Positions 29,817 through 40,355 are shown, counted from the stretch's first letter. The stretch is DNA of 64,000 nt from Candidatus Kaelpia aquatica (GCA_030765335.1 JAVCCU010000009.1:5559-69558); one strand, 5' to 3'. Made by a program: numbers and translations. The notes: a model not told the origin generated them from the letters alone.

Positions 29817-29906
29817 CTATTTTTCCTTCTTAACTTTATTGGGCTTGCCAGACATCCTCTTTCTTCTGCGTCTACCCTTAAGCCCTCTTGTCAGTTTCTT
29901 ACTCAT
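29817..29906 (-). CDS. possible 29-aa highly basic peptide (MSKKLTRGLKGRRRRKRMSGKPNKVKKEK)
   Basis: Below the 60-aa cut-off of the ORF track. Strong SD GAAAAGGAGGCAGTG-ATG. Its stop abuts the suhB start (translational coupling). Confidence 0.3.
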   Translation of the reverse strand: MSKKLTRGLKGRRRRKRMSGKPNKVKKEK

Positions 29907-30004
29907 CACTGCCTCCTTTTCTTAAAAACATAGAACAATCTAACAACTAAAGGTTAAAAAATCAACAAGAGTTTTAAAAAAGACTACTATTAATCAATTG
30001 AAAT

Positions 30005-33000
30005 CTAACTTAAGGGGCTCTTGCTTATATCCCTGGAAACCCTCTCTATCTTTAGTTCGCCTCTAGGCTTATTTATGTCATTTGGAATTACAATCTTATT
30101 ATTTACAAGAGATGCTCCTATAACACTCTCCATCGATTGATGGAACAACCAGCCAGCAGCACCAGTATATCCATTCCAGATCATACGTCCAACTTCGAAA
30201 TTAGTAAGAATATCGGCTGGCTGCTTATTAGGCTGACCACCATAGATCTCTATCTTCTCCCCTACAACATGACTAATAGGTGTTATCTTACGCCAGAGCC
30301 TATAGCTAATAGCTCTATACTTATCGGCTTTCTTGTGGTCACCCAATTTATCAAAACGCTCTACAAGAACTCTGGAAGCTCTTATAAGCCACTGCACACC
30401 ATGACAATACATTCCATTTTCACGTACCCCTTCAGGATACCTAGAACTCCTCCCAAGGTAAGGCTTGGTATCCTCATGCAATGCCGGCCAACCAAGCAAA
30501 ACAACATCTTCTTTCTCAAGCACTTCTAATGCAGTATGGAACACTATTAACGACCTTTCTAAATTTACGCCCGACTTAACAGCCCAGGCAGCCGTTAGAG
30601 CATCTATCTCCCATACACCGCTATCTTTTATTCCAATCTCTGTACCGTCATCATGAATAGCACGTAAATATCTATCCTCTCTCCAGGTACCTTCAAGAGC
30701 GTCCTCAAGTTTCTGCATTTTTTTAAGATAGTGTTCTTTGCGATCATGACCCTCTATTTTTTTAATTATAGGAAGCATGTGTCTTAGGATATAGTAGAGG
30801 AAAAACCCAAGCCATACACTCTCGCCCCGTCCTTCGCTTCCTATTTCATCCAGACCGTCATTCCAATCTCCAGTTCTTATTAACGGTATTCCATGTTCTC
30901 CCAATCGTTTTTCTAAAATAAGATCTATAGATCTTAAAGCATGCTTATAAACAGATTCTGCTTTTGTTGAACGATGATAGATGTGGCCCCAACCTGTTTT
31001 ATTGTGCGGCAAATCGGCAAACGGAAACTCTGACCATACATATGATGCCGTCTCATCTAATAACGAGTAATCACCGGTAGTCCTAACATACTCCACGATA
31101 GCCCAAGAGAGCCAGAGCGGGTTGTCTGAAGCATGGGAACGACAAGCAAAAGCAGTCCTACCATCAAGCTGAGTAAAGAACCAGTGGTATACATCTCCTT
31201 CAAAGAATTGATGAGAAGCATGGATAATAATCTGCTTTCTAGCTAACGCAGGGTCTACCCAGATAAGATTCACAGAGTCTTGAAGCTGATCCCTAAAACC
31301 AAAGGCTCCGCTTGTCTGATAAAAACCTCTCCGAGCCCAGATTCTCTCTGCTAAGGCCTGATATTTAAGCCAGTTTTGGTAGTGATCAAACTCGGTTTGA
31401 TTTGTCTTAACTTCTACCGTTCCTACAAAATTCAACCACCAGTTACGTGTATTATCAAGGCTCTTATTAACATAATCCAAGCTTTTGTATTTTTTGGCTA
31501 ACCTAAGCGCCTCCTCTCTCTCATCTGTCTGACCAAGGACAAATGCAATCGTACAATCTCCGCCTGCAGGAATATCCAAGGTACTTAAAAAAGCGGCTAT
31601 CTGCCTATCGTCGCAAAGCTGAGTATTATCAGCTGTACCCTTCTCTACCATAAATGGACGGGTTACACCTCTACCCGAACCAAAAAACCTTCCTCTCTTT
31701 GTCTCCACACTCTCAGAAGAGATTGAACTTGAAACAAAAGCCCAGCCTTTACGGAACATATTACGCGGGTTATGGAATAGGAGAACATTATTATCTTTAT
31801 CATGATTTACCAATAACTCACCTGAGCGTTCAGGCATAAATTCAAGCACCATCTGGAAATAAGGAGCAATACGAAATCTCTTTCTACGGCCACTGTTGTT
31901 TTTTATTTTTAAAAGATATACACCTAGAGGGTCATCTGGCGGCACAAATACAGTAAGCTCGGTTGAAATATTCTTTCCTTTCATATGAAACACCGCGCTA
32001 CCGTCAACGCTGAACTCAGATGTGTTCTTAACACTATTATCGTTAAGCGGAAAATAGGTTGGAGAGTACCAGCTGTCTTCATCTATATCATACAGGTATA
32101 TTGCCTCTCCAGGAATCTCTCTTGTAACCGTATCAGGCCAGTCTGGAGTCAGGCGGTTCTGTTGAGAGTTGCCGTTACACGATGTATGAAGACCGCGATT
32201 TGTGACCATTACAGAATGCCCCACAGAGTTAGACATAGCATGATCATAAGGCCTGGGAGTATAAGGAGTGCGGACTAAAATTTTGTTTCCATTATCCACA
32301 TATTCAGAATAAGGCTGTGGTGTTCCGGGAAGAATCTCGCCGTGACCGATAAGCAGCTTCTTCTCTCTCTTGGGTTCATAATTTACAGCAGTCTGCTTAG
32401 GTTTCAACAATCTCTTCACTAGATCAAGAGCGCCACTGCGGCTCTCCTCATATCCAATCATAAGATGTATAGTTTTAGAAGAGTTGGGATCAAGTTCCAC
32501 ATTAAGCATAAGGCTCCCAATTGGATCAAATGTCGGATAGCAGTCAGTATTCTCGGCTTTCATAAAATCTAAAGTCTCAAGCACTCTTGGATGCCAGATG
32601 CTCTGAGCACGACCGATAAAATCCATTCTGGAAAATAGAATACCTTCAGGAGAAACATCTGTTGCTAAAATACCCATAGAGTTAGTACATTTTTGCCAGG
32701 ATAAAAGCGTGTTAAATCCGCTAATATACTCCATCTGAGGAAATAACCGCGCATACTGAGTATGAAACCTATCATGCAATCCTCCGTTAAGAACCCACTC
32801 TAAGTAGGGAACAACTTTCAAACTGCGCTTACTATCTTTAAGATTTTTAATATTTATCTTCCAGATTTCTGCCCTGCTCTCCTGATCAGGTAAAGTTATA
32901 TCAACAGTTGTTTCAATACCATTTGAAGAATTGACAACTTTAAGAGAATCTAGGTTAGTTTTAATCTTAGAAGGCTTAAACTTATCTTCTGGGAAATTAC

Positions 33001-36000
33001 CTACTACAGGCCAATAGCGCTGTGTGGCATCAGTAGAGTCATCAACTAAATACAGGATCCTACCGCAGGGATCTATGAGATCATAGGACCGCCTGGTAAT
33101 ATCATATTCCGGAGGATAGACGCTGCTCTTTTTGTGGTCAACCTGACTATATATCTCCCCATTCTCCTTAAGAAATGTCCTATATCCAATCTTATTAGCC
33201 AGATGATAAGTTTTTACAAATTTCTTTCTTGAACGCCGCCTGAAAGAACGAATTAAAAACGATATTCCGCTAAAAATAAAAATGGCAATAAAGAACATCA
33301 GCAGTACTTGAAACAAAGCAATATTTTCTAAGAAAGCAAAGAAATTACCTCCAGCAGAATCACGCATAGCTATTGATTTACTCCAAGCATAATTCCACTC
33401 CTGGCCTCTTGGAATATAAAACGGAATTAAAAGAGGCCCCCAAGTACAAAACCTTTTGACCGCTTCTGGGATATAGCGCTGAGCTGTATCCATTTTAATA
33501 AACCGCGCAACTTTATCATCGAGCTTATCTAACCCTATAAAACTTAAGTTGACCAACGTTGCAACACGCAGCCCCATATGATCCATCCAGATAAGAACTC
33601 GAAAGAAATCAAAAGCAAGTACATATACAAAAAGATTGAGACTCCACTGCCTAAACGCCTGATCTGACATCGTTAAATTGTGGTATATAGCAGAGAGTGT
33701 GCGTATAGCTCCATCTTGGTTATACCATGTTGGGTCCGGCATCATCCGCAAGAAGGTAAATATAATTGGCGACATCCATAAACCCCAACGCAGAACATAT
33801 ATCATATGCTCTACAAGCTGAGAGAGACCTTCTCTTGAGAAGAAAAACTTAATCGGCGCTTTATGTTTTTCAAAAAAAGCAAGGAGGAAGACCTTATTGA
33901 TCGCAAACAACCAAGCGGCTACAGCCCAGTTTATAACTCCGGCAAGCGATTCATCAAACAGCAGCCTAACTCCGCCGCTATAGCTTCCCAAATCTATCCG
34001 CCCCCACTTATTGACTAAAGGATATGTAATATATTCAGCGGCTTTAAACCCTGAGCTTGTATATAACTTAAACTTCTCTATAACAACAGGGACCTGTAAA
34101 GCATCGAGATAAAAAGCTAACGCACTACCGATAAAAGCACCTAGGATAGCATCGACAAAATACCGTCTCCAGGATTGAATTCGCCCCTGAGATTTAAACT
34201 TATAGGAAACATCCCTTAAAATGCTTATCCCTGCAGAGCAGAAAACACCGAGAACTGCACCGAATAGAACCCTATTTGACATATCCCAGTCAATGAAATC
34301 ATTGCTTAAAGCATAGGCAACTCCTGCTCCTAGAATAACTCCTCTGGCATAAAGCACATGGTCACGATAGTTATAGCGTGCTCTCTGGAAAAAAGGCAGG
34401 CTACCATCAAAGGTCTCTATAATGGTTTTAAATAGCGGTAGAGTCAGAGCCCCGATAAAAATCCCTAAAAGAAGAGGGATCTTTTCTGCCGCTAGTTGTA
34501 ATAAATTAAAATCCAGGAGCAGATAAACTGAATATATAAACCCCATTAGAAGAGCGCTGTAAGCCATGCCCTTTTTTACGCCTGTCTTTACATGTTCAGT
34601 CACGCTTTCCCATGAAGGAGCTATCCTGCGTCCATAATCAAGAGCCATTCCCGTTAAGAAATAGATTACTCCCCAGAGTCCTGCAAAAGAAAACATACTA
34701 GTCAATATAATCACAGGGATCTTAACCGCTTCAGGTAGAGACCCGACTTTAGCAGTAGAGCCTAAGTTCGCAATTATAGGTGCAATAACAACGCCGATAG
34801 AGATAAACAAAATGAAAATATGGAGCTTACGTTTTTTAAGCAGCTCTCTCTTTATAACCAGACTAAAACCATTGGCAGCAGCCTCATTAAATCCAAACAC
34901 AATAACGACCCTGCCTAAGTATTCTAAAAACACTTCAAATGAAGACAAAATACCCAAGGTGAAAATATCACCTAACTGCCTAAGAAGTATTGGTGTCTGC
35001 AAAACCATTAACCAGTTAAGAAGATAGGGCGTTAAGATGATAGAGAATCCTGTAAGAGCCCTGACATGCTTGCCATTAATCGTTAAAGAACGCGCATTGG
35101 ATACCTGATAAATCAAAAAGATAATAACTGCAATATATTTATTCAGCATCAAAATCTGACCAAAATTAGAAGGGGCAAATAAAATACCGAGCCTGCTCGA
35201 AGAAGCAGCCAAAAGCCCAACAATTAAAACATTCTTAAATGCCTGGAGAGGAGTAAGATGCCTGCCTGTAATTGTAAATTTAAGTAGCCCTGCAATAACT
35301 GCACCCGCTAAACCCAGACAGAGAAACTCCCAGCTAAAACCCTTGTTCAATGGGCATATTGTACCAAGGTAACATATCCCAAAAGCAACAGCAGTTATTA
35401 ATGTAAATGTTAATCCATAAAGCAAATCTCTTTTTAACCTAGTAAGAATAGAGACGCTTAAAAGATCGGCCTTAATCTTAGACCCTGCATGCTTCTCTTT
35501 AGACCTCCTCCTCAAAAGCTTAATTGCTAAATTAGTAAAAAAACCTATAAAGATACTTAGTAGGAGAACTAAAGCTAACCTAAAGAAAATATAATTTTTA
35601 TGCAAAAAGCTCTGCTTATAAAACTCAACATCGAAGTATAAAAACCCTTCTAAGGCTTTATCCTCTGAAGCACCTTCGGAGAGAACAGCTTCTTCTGAAC
35701 TAGAGATAGTGGTTATAACAAAACATACTTCCTTAAGATCGCCTATTGTATTCCAAGCAACCTCCGCCCGAAAACAGTTCCAATCATTCTCAAGATCAAG
35801 AGGTATCGACTGCATAGCCCTAGAGCCCTTAATCTCCATCTTTACAGAGACCTCTTCCAGCTGTTTTTTATTAGGCGCCTTAAGGGAGACTCTAACGGCA
35901 TCTACACTATTCTTGTTTAAGCTGACAGGGTAATCTTTTGTCCATAATCCTACGATAGACCCTTGAGGTAGCCAGTATTTAAACCTTAAGATGTCTTTGC

Positions 36001-36199
36001 CTAAGGCTTCGTCAAATACTCTATCTGTTGAACCCAGAGCAATGCCGATATTGAACGTTCCTTTTTGATTCGAATCTAGAATACTAAAAGAGTTGTCAAC
36101 GCTGGAAAATGCTGGCAGAGAGAAGAAGAGTGTTGTTAAAAAAACTGCGATTATTTTTGGACAATAATTACGTTTTCTAAAAATCATCTTTTTTACCAT
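30005..36199 (-). CDS. giant (about 2065-2072 aa) polytopic membrane protein with C-terminal GH94-like module (tandem GH94 N-domains plus (alpha/alpha)6 catalytic domain), cyclic-beta-1,2-glucan-synthase-C-terminal-like
   Basis: N-terminal signal/anchor, then more than 15 predicted TM helices (aa ~200-1000), then two beta-sandwich repeats and a catalytic region containing the GH94 signature GAFGFRDQLQD. The ORF-track start is a TTG at 36223; the first ATG (MVKKMIFRK...) is at 36199. Confidence 0.7.
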   Translation of the reverse strand: MVKKMIFRKRNYCPKIIAVFLTTLFFSLPAFSSVDNSFSILDSNQKGTFNIGIALGSTDRVFDEALGKDILRFKYWLPQGSIVGLWTKDYPVSLNKNSVDAVRVSLKAPNKKQLEEVSVKMEIKGSRAMQSIPLDLENDWNCFRAEVAWNTIGDLKEVCFVITTISSSEEAVLSEGASEDKALEGFLYFDVEFYKQSFLHKNYIFFRLALVLLLSIFIGFFTNLAIKLLRRRSKEKHAGSKIKADLLSVSILTRLKRDLLYGLTFTLITAVAFGICYLGTICPLNKGFSWEFLCLGLAGAVIAGLLKFTITGRHLTPLQAFKNVLIVGLLAASSSRLGILFAPSNFGQILMLNKYIAVIIFLIYQVSNARSLTINGKHVRALTGFSIILTPYLLNWLMVLQTPILLRQLGDIFTLGILSSFEVFLEYLGRVVIVFGFNEAAANGFSLVIKRELLKKRKLHIFILFISIGVVIAPIIANLGSTAKVGSLPEAVKIPVIILTSMFSFAGLWGVIYFLTGMALDYGRRIAPSWESVTEHVKTGVKKGMAYSALLMGFIYSVYLLLDFNLLQLAAEKIPLLLGIFIGALTLPLFKTIIETFDGSLPFFQRARYNYRDHVLYARGVILGAGVAYALSNDFIDWDMSNRVLFGAVLGVFCSAGISILRDVSYKFKSQGRIQSWRRYFVDAILGAFIGSALAFYLDALQVPVVIEKFKLYTSSGFKAAEYITYPLVNKWGRIDLGSYSGGVRLLFDESLAGVINWAVAAWLFAINKVFLLAFFEKHKAPIKFFFSREGLSQLVEHMIYVLRWGLWMSPIIFTFLRMMPDPTWYNQDGAIRTLSAIYHNLTMSDQAFRQWSLNLFVYVLAFDFFRVLIWMDHMGLRVATLVNLSFIGLDKLDDKVARFIKMDTAQRYIPEAVKRFCTWGPLLIPFYIPRGQEWNYAWSKSIAMRDSAGGNFFAFLENIALFQVLLMFFIAIFIFSGISFLIRSFRRRSRKKFVKTYHLANKIGYRTFLKENGEIYSQVDHKKSSVYPPEYDITRRSYDLIDPCGRILYLVDDSTDATQRYWPVVGNFPEDKFKPSKIKTNLDSLKVVNSSNGIETTVDITLPDQESRAEIWKINIKNLKDSKRSLKVVPYLEWVLNGGLHDRFHTQYARLFPQMEYISGFNTLLSWQKCTNSMGILATDVSPEGILFSRMDFIGRAQSIWHPRVLETLDFMKAENTDCYPTFDPIGSLMLNVELDPNSSKTIHLMIGYEESRSGALDLVKRLLKPKQTAVNYEPKREKKLLIGHGEILPGTPQPYSEYVDNGNKILVRTPYTPRPYDHAMSNSVGHSVMVTNRGLHTSCNGNSQQNRLTPDWPDTVTREIPGEAIYLYDIDEDSWYSPTYFPLNDNSVKNTSEFSVDGSAVFHMKGKNISTELTVFVPPDDPLGVYLLKIKNNSGRRKRFRIAPYFQMVLEFMPERSGELLVNHDKDNNVLLFHNPRNMFRKGWAFVSSSISSESVETKRGRFFGSGRGVTRPFMVEKGTADNTQLCDDRQIAAFLSTLDIPAGGDCTIAFVLGQTDEREEALRLAKKYKSLDYVNKSLDNTRNWWLNFVGTVEVKTNQTEFDHYQNWLKYQALAERIWARRGFYQTSGAFGFRDQLQDSVNLIWVDPALARKQIIIHASHQFFEGDVYHWFFTQLDGRTAFACRSHASDNPLWLSWAIVEYVRTTGDYSLLDETASYVWSEFPFADLPHNKTGWGHIYHRSTKAESVYKHALRSIDLILEKRLGEHGIPLIRTGDWNDGLDEIGSEGRGESVWLGFFLYYILRHMLPIIKKIEGHDRKEHYLKKMQKLEDALEGTWREDRYLRAIHDDGTEIGIKDSGVWEIDALTAAWAVKSGVNLERSLIVFHTALEVLEKEDVVLLGWPALHEDTKPYLGRSSRYPEGVRENGMYCHGVQWLIRASRVLVERFDKLGDHKKADKYRAISYRLWRKITPISHVVGEKIEIYGGQPNKQPADILTNFEVGRMIWNGYTGAAGWLFHQSMESVIGASLVNNKIVIPNDINKPRGELKIERVSRDISKSPLS

Positions 36200-36289
36200 T
36201 ATAACCCTAAATATCTCAAACAATTAAAACAATCGGATTCCCGGCAACCCTACGCCCCTATTTTAATCAAAGTTTTATGTAGAGTGCAA

Positions 36290-36318
36290 ATTATATAATA
36301 TGCTTTTAAAAAATGCAA
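36290..36318 (-). promoter_or_regulatory. sigma70-like promoter upstream of the giant gene
   Basis: Minus strand reads TTGCAT-17 nt-TATAAT, about 90 nt upstream of the start. Confidence 0.35.
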
Positions 36319-36441
36319 CTATAAATACCTGCTTGTCAAGCCAAAGTTAAAATATCCCTTTCTTAGGAAAATCGATTATATCTTTAAGAAGCAAAGGGTG
36401 GGAGAAAGTCTGACATTAACATCTGCTGTTTTAATTAAAGA

Positions 36442-36517
36442 CGGGGACGACGGGAATCGAACCCGCGATCACCAGATCGACAGTCTGGGGTCTTAGGCCA
36501 GGCTAGACGACGTCCCC
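36442..36517 (-). tRNA. tRNA-Asp (anticodon GTC), CCA not encoded
   Basis: Minus-strand sequence GGGGACGTCGTCTAGCCTGGCCTAAGACCCCAGACTGTCGATCTGGTGATCGCGGGTTCGATTCCCGTCGTCCCCG. Anticodon loop CTGTCGA, T-loop GGTTCGATTCC. Confidence 0.9.
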
Positions 36518-36574
36518 GTAAATGAGGTACGAATGCAAATAATAATAGATTTTTTTATATCTGTCAACATCTAA

Positions 36575-38266
36575 CTATTTCAGATTATCCAATATCTGAT
36601 CTAAGTTTTCAAGTTCCAGCGAAACTTCCTGACCTCTTTTTCTAAGCTCGAACTTGCCTTCTTTTATATAATTAGAACCTACTACTATTTGATATGGAAT
36701 GCCTATTAAATCTGCATCATTAAATTTATTTCCTGCTCGAATGGTTCTATCATCAAAGATAACCTCTAAGCCAGATTCCTTGAGAAACTTATATATCTCT
36801 TTAGATTTCCGAAATATCTCCTCATCATCTATATTTGTAGCTATAATAATCACCTTATAAGGAGCTAGAGCAGAATTCCATATAATGCCTTTAGCATCAT
36901 TGTTTTGCTCAATAAAAGAAGCTGCTATTCTGTTGATTCCTATCCCATAGCAACCCATGATAATTTCACTGCTCTTCCCTTTACCATCGACAAAGAGAGC
37001 CTCAAGAGGTTTACTATAACGATTCCCGAGTTTAAATATATGTCCTATCTCAATCGCGCTCTGAATCTTTAAGGCCTTACCGCATTCAGGACATAAGTCA
37101 GACTCTTTAACATTTCTGATATCACAAAATTCATCTATTTTAAAATCCTTACCTTCCGATAAGTTTATTAGATGATAATCTTTTTTGTTTGCTCCTGCAG
37201 CAGCACCCGAGATACCTCTAACATCAAAATCAGCAATAATTCTTAACTTTAAGCCTAAAGGACCTGAAAACCCCATATCTGCTCCGGTCTCACTCTTTAT
37301 CTCAGAAGCTGTTGCCATTCTAAGCTCACTAGATTTAAGTTTTTTACGCAGTTTAGCCTCATTAACATCACTCTCACCTCTCACAACAACAGCAATGAAA
37401 CCAGTGTCATATCTATATATTATGGTTTTTAACAGCTTTCCAATAGAAACTCCTAGAGCCCTAGAGACATCAGCAATAGAACTAATGCCCGGAGTATAGA
37501 CCTCTTTAATGGAATCTTCTCGGATCTCTTCTTTTCTAACTACACCCTCTTTTCTCCTTGCAACATCCAGGCTTGCTGCATAATTACAGCCAGAGCACAG
37601 CACAACCCTATCCTCTCCGTATTCAGAAGGAGCCATAAATTCATGAGAGACATCTCCCCCCATTATGCCAGGGTCCGCTTCAACGCTAAGATAATTAAGG
37701 CCGCATCTTTCAAATATATTACAGTAGGCCTGATAGATCTTTTTATAACTATCATCTAAAGACTCCCAGCTAGCATTAAAACTGTAAGCATCTTTCATAA
37801 TAAACTCACAAGTTCTTATTACACCGAATCTAGGCCTAGGTTCATCTCTGAATTTAGTTTGGATCTGGTAAAGTATTAAGGGCAGCTGTCTATAAGACTC
37901 AACCTCTCCTGAGACCAGCCAGGTTATAACCTCTTCATGAGTAGGACCCAGTATCATATTCTTTCCAGCCCTGTTTTTAAACTGAATCATATCTTCACCT
38001 AACGTAGAGAGTCTACCGGTTTTCTGCCAAAGTTCCTCAGGATGTATAGCCGGAAGCAGCAGCTCCTGAGCTCCGGATTTGTCCATCTCCTCTCTCACTA
38101 TAGCTATAACCTTAAGTAAAGTTTTAAAACCTAAAGGAAGGTAAGAGTAGAGCCCTGAAGCTAAGCGTCTTATCATGCCTGACTTAAGCATCAGCTGATG
38201 CGATATAGCCTCCGCATCCTTAGGCACCTCTCTAATTGTCGGCAAAAAACATTCTGAAAATTTCAT
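36575..38266 (-). CDS. proS: proline--tRNA ligase (bacterial-type with editing domain)
   Basis: 563 aa. Class II aaRS motifs and a ProRS N-terminus (MKFSECFLPTIREVPKDAE). Confidence 0.95.
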   Translation of the reverse strand: MKFSECFLPTIREVPKDAEAISHQLMLKSGMIRRLASGLYSYLPLGFKTLLKVIAIVREEMDKSGAQELLLPAIHPEELWQKTGRLSTLGEDMIQFKNRAGKNMILGPTHEEVITWLVSGEVESYRQLPLILYQIQTKFRDEPRPRFGVIRTCEFIMKDAYSFNASWESLDDSYKKIYQAYCNIFERCGLNYLSVEADPGIMGGDVSHEFMAPSEYGEDRVVLCSGCNYAASLDVARRKEGVVRKEEIREDSIKEVYTPGISSIADVSRALGVSIGKLLKTIIYRYDTGFIAVVVRGESDVNEAKLRKKLKSSELRMATASEIKSETGADMGFSGPLGLKLRIIADFDVRGISGAAAGANKKDYHLINLSEGKDFKIDEFCDIRNVKESDLCPECGKALKIQSAIEIGHIFKLGNRYSKPLEALFVDGKGKSSEIIMGCYGIGINRIAASFIEQNNDAKGIIWNSALAPYKVIIIATNIDDEEIFRKSKEIYKFLKESGLEVIFDDRTIRAGNKFNDADLIGIPYQIVVGSNYIKEGKFELRKRGQEVSLELENLDQILDNLK

Positions 38267-39306
38267 ATCATTTCCCTTACTTCCTGAACCAGAACAGTTA
38301 TCAAATCAGCTTTATCCAATCTTTTGATCTGCTTCCCTTTTTTAAATAGAATAGCACAGTTTACTCCTCCTGCAATACCTATATCAGCACCCTTAGCTTC
38401 GCCTGGGCCATTGACTTCACAGCCCATAACAGCAACTTTTAGCCCCTTCTCTGTCTTTATCTTGATCAGCTCTTCTTTTGCCTTATTAGCCAAATCCAAT
38501 ATATCAATTTGAGCCCTTCCGCACCCAGGACAAGATATAACTTCAATCCCAAACTTACGAAGCCCTAAAGCAGAGAGTATCTCTTTTGCGATTTCAACTT
38601 CACGAAAAGTTGAATCAGTAAGAGAGACCCTAATGGTGTCGCCTACTCCTTGCATAAGAAGAGCCCCGATGCCAATACTAGATTTAACAATCGCAGATAC
38701 TCCCGCCCCTGTTGCAGTAACACCAATATGCAGCGGGTAATCAAACAGAGAGGCCGTCTTCAAATTAGCCAGGTAAGTCTCCATGGCAGTATCAGCTTTA
38801 AGGGATAGAAAGATGTCTTTAAAATTTAAACCTTCCATATATTCTAAATACTCCTTAAGCAGCTCTAGCATTGAGTCAACAGAATTATATTTTTTTCTAT
38901 AAGCTTCTGGGACTGAACCGATATTAATTCCCACTCGAATTGGAATATTATTCCTTTTAGCCGACAATACAACTTCTTCTAAGCCCTCTTTTGAGATATT
39001 ACCTGGATTAATCCTCACTGCATCTGCTCCCAGCTCTATAGCTGAAAGAGCAAGCTTAAAATCAAAATGGATATCCATCTCAACAGGAAGAAGGCTCCCC
39101 TTGATAATCTTCTCTATGAACCCAGCCTCGCCTTCTTCTCTGTATGCAACCCTTATAATCTCAGAGCCCGCTTCTTTTAATTGGGCTATCTCATCTATTA
39201 TCTGAGAATACTTATCAGGACTCTTTTTGATCATGGTCTGTATAGAGACTGGATTATCTCCTCCAATCTCAATATTGCCAACCCTGACCACCCTTCTTTT
39301 TCTCAT
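38263..39306 (-). CDS. ispG: 4-hydroxy-3-methylbut-2-en-1-yl diphosphate synthase
   Basis: 347 aa. GcpE N-terminus (RVGNIEIGGDNPVSIQTM) and C-terminal CPGCGR Fe-S motif. Confidence 0.9.
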   Translation of the reverse strand: MRKRRVVRVGNIEIGGDNPVSIQTMIKKSPDKYSQIIDEIAQLKEAGSEIIRVAYREEGEAGFIEKIIKGSLLPVEMDIHFDFKLALSAIELGADAVRINPGNISKEGLEEVVLSAKRNNIPIRVGINIGSVPEAYRKKYNSVDSMLELLKEYLEYMEGLNFKDIFLSLKADTAMETYLANLKTASLFDYPLHIGVTATGAGVSAIVKSSIGIGALLMQGVGDTIRVSLTDSTFREVEIAKEILSALGLRKFGIEVISCPGCGRAQIDILDLANKAKEELIKIKTEKGLKVAVMGCEVNGPGEAKGADIGIAGGVNCAILFKKGKQIKRLDKADLITVLVQEVREMI

Positions 39307-40355
39307 TTAAAAAATACTCGCATTAAATCAAAATAAGTAAGGTATAAAAAGAGAGAAAGCAATAAACCCATTCCTATCTGAGTAAACCTCTCTTGGACAA
39401 TAATGGAGACCGGCTTACGGCGAATCTTCTCCATCAGGATAAAGAGAAGATGACCTCCATCTAAGACTGGGATGGGCAACAGGTTAAATATTGCAAGACT
39501 AACATTTATTAATGCCATCAGGGAAAGTAAGTAACTGATGCCCATATCGGCCATCTTAGAAGATATATGAACGATACCCACTGGACCTGTGACTGAATCT
39601 TTAAGAGATAGCCTGCCAATAACAATATTCAAAATAGCTCTTAGAGTATTAGCAGAGACATTAAAAACAGTTACCGCTGACTCTCTAAGTGACTCATAAG
39701 GCCCGTATTTCTTTATAAATACATCTCTATCGTCTGGTAATATACCTAATAATCCTATTACTTTTTTCTGACCGTTTAAATCTAATATCTCATTATCTTT
39801 AGTTTTAACTGTATAGCTAAATTCATACTGATCACGCTTTACAGTTATCTTTAGGTCCTGATTCGGCCTTGGATGCACTTCTGCTATTAAATCCTCCCAA
39901 TTTTTAACCTCCTCACTATCAACAGATATTATCTTATCACCAATCTTTAAACCCGAACTTTGAGCAGGATAACCCTCTTTAAAATCACCTATAGTAGTGC
40001 CTGCTGTAGGAAGACCGCTGCTATAAAGTATGAAGAAGAGTATAAAGGCTAGAATATAATTACCGAGAGGTCCGCCTAATACGATCAAGCTTCTCCTGCC
40101 AGGAGGTTGAGAAAGAAATTCATTCTTCTCGCCTTTTAGATCCTCTCTAGGGTTTTCACCGGCCATCTTCACATAGCCTCCAAGAGGAATAAGTGAAATC
40201 TTATACTCTGTTCCAGATCTTTTAAAAGAGAAAATCTTAGGCCCAAACCCGATCGAAAAAACCTCAACAGTAACGCCCATTCTCTTAGCAACAATAAAAT
40301 GTGATGCCTCATGCACAAATACAAGAAAACCAAAAGCAATAATAACTAGAATCAT
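39303..40355 (-). CDS. rseP: RIP (site-2) zinc metalloprotease RseP
   Basis: 350 aa. HEASHF (HExxH) in TM1, a PDZ domain, and the LDGG motif. Confidence 0.85.
   Translation of the reverse strand: MILVIIAFGFLVFVHEASHFIVAKRMGVTVEVFSIGFGPKIFSFKRSGTEYKISLIPLGGYVKMAGENPREDLKGEKNEFLSQPPGRRSLIVLGGPLGNYILAFILFFILYSSGLPTAGTTIGDFKEGYPAQSSGLKIGDKIISVDSEEVKNWEDLIAEVHPRPNQDLKITVKRDQYEFSYTVKTKDNEILDLNGQKKVIGLLGILPDDRDVFIKKYGPYESLRESAVTVFNVSANTLRAILNIVIGRLSLKDSVTGPVGIVHISSKMADMGISYLLSLMALINVSLAIFNLLPIPVLDGGHLLFILMEKIRRKPVSIIVQERFTQIGMGLLLSLFLYLTYFDLMRVFFK

Noticed and set aside
30005-36223. Glycosyltransferase (GT84/GT2) domain inside the giant protein
   Set aside because: I looked for DxD/GT-A-like motifs in the membrane region and did not find a convincing one. 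The only DDSTD-like string lies inside the first GH94-type beta-sandwich repeat. It is therefore not called as a cyclic-glucan synthase.
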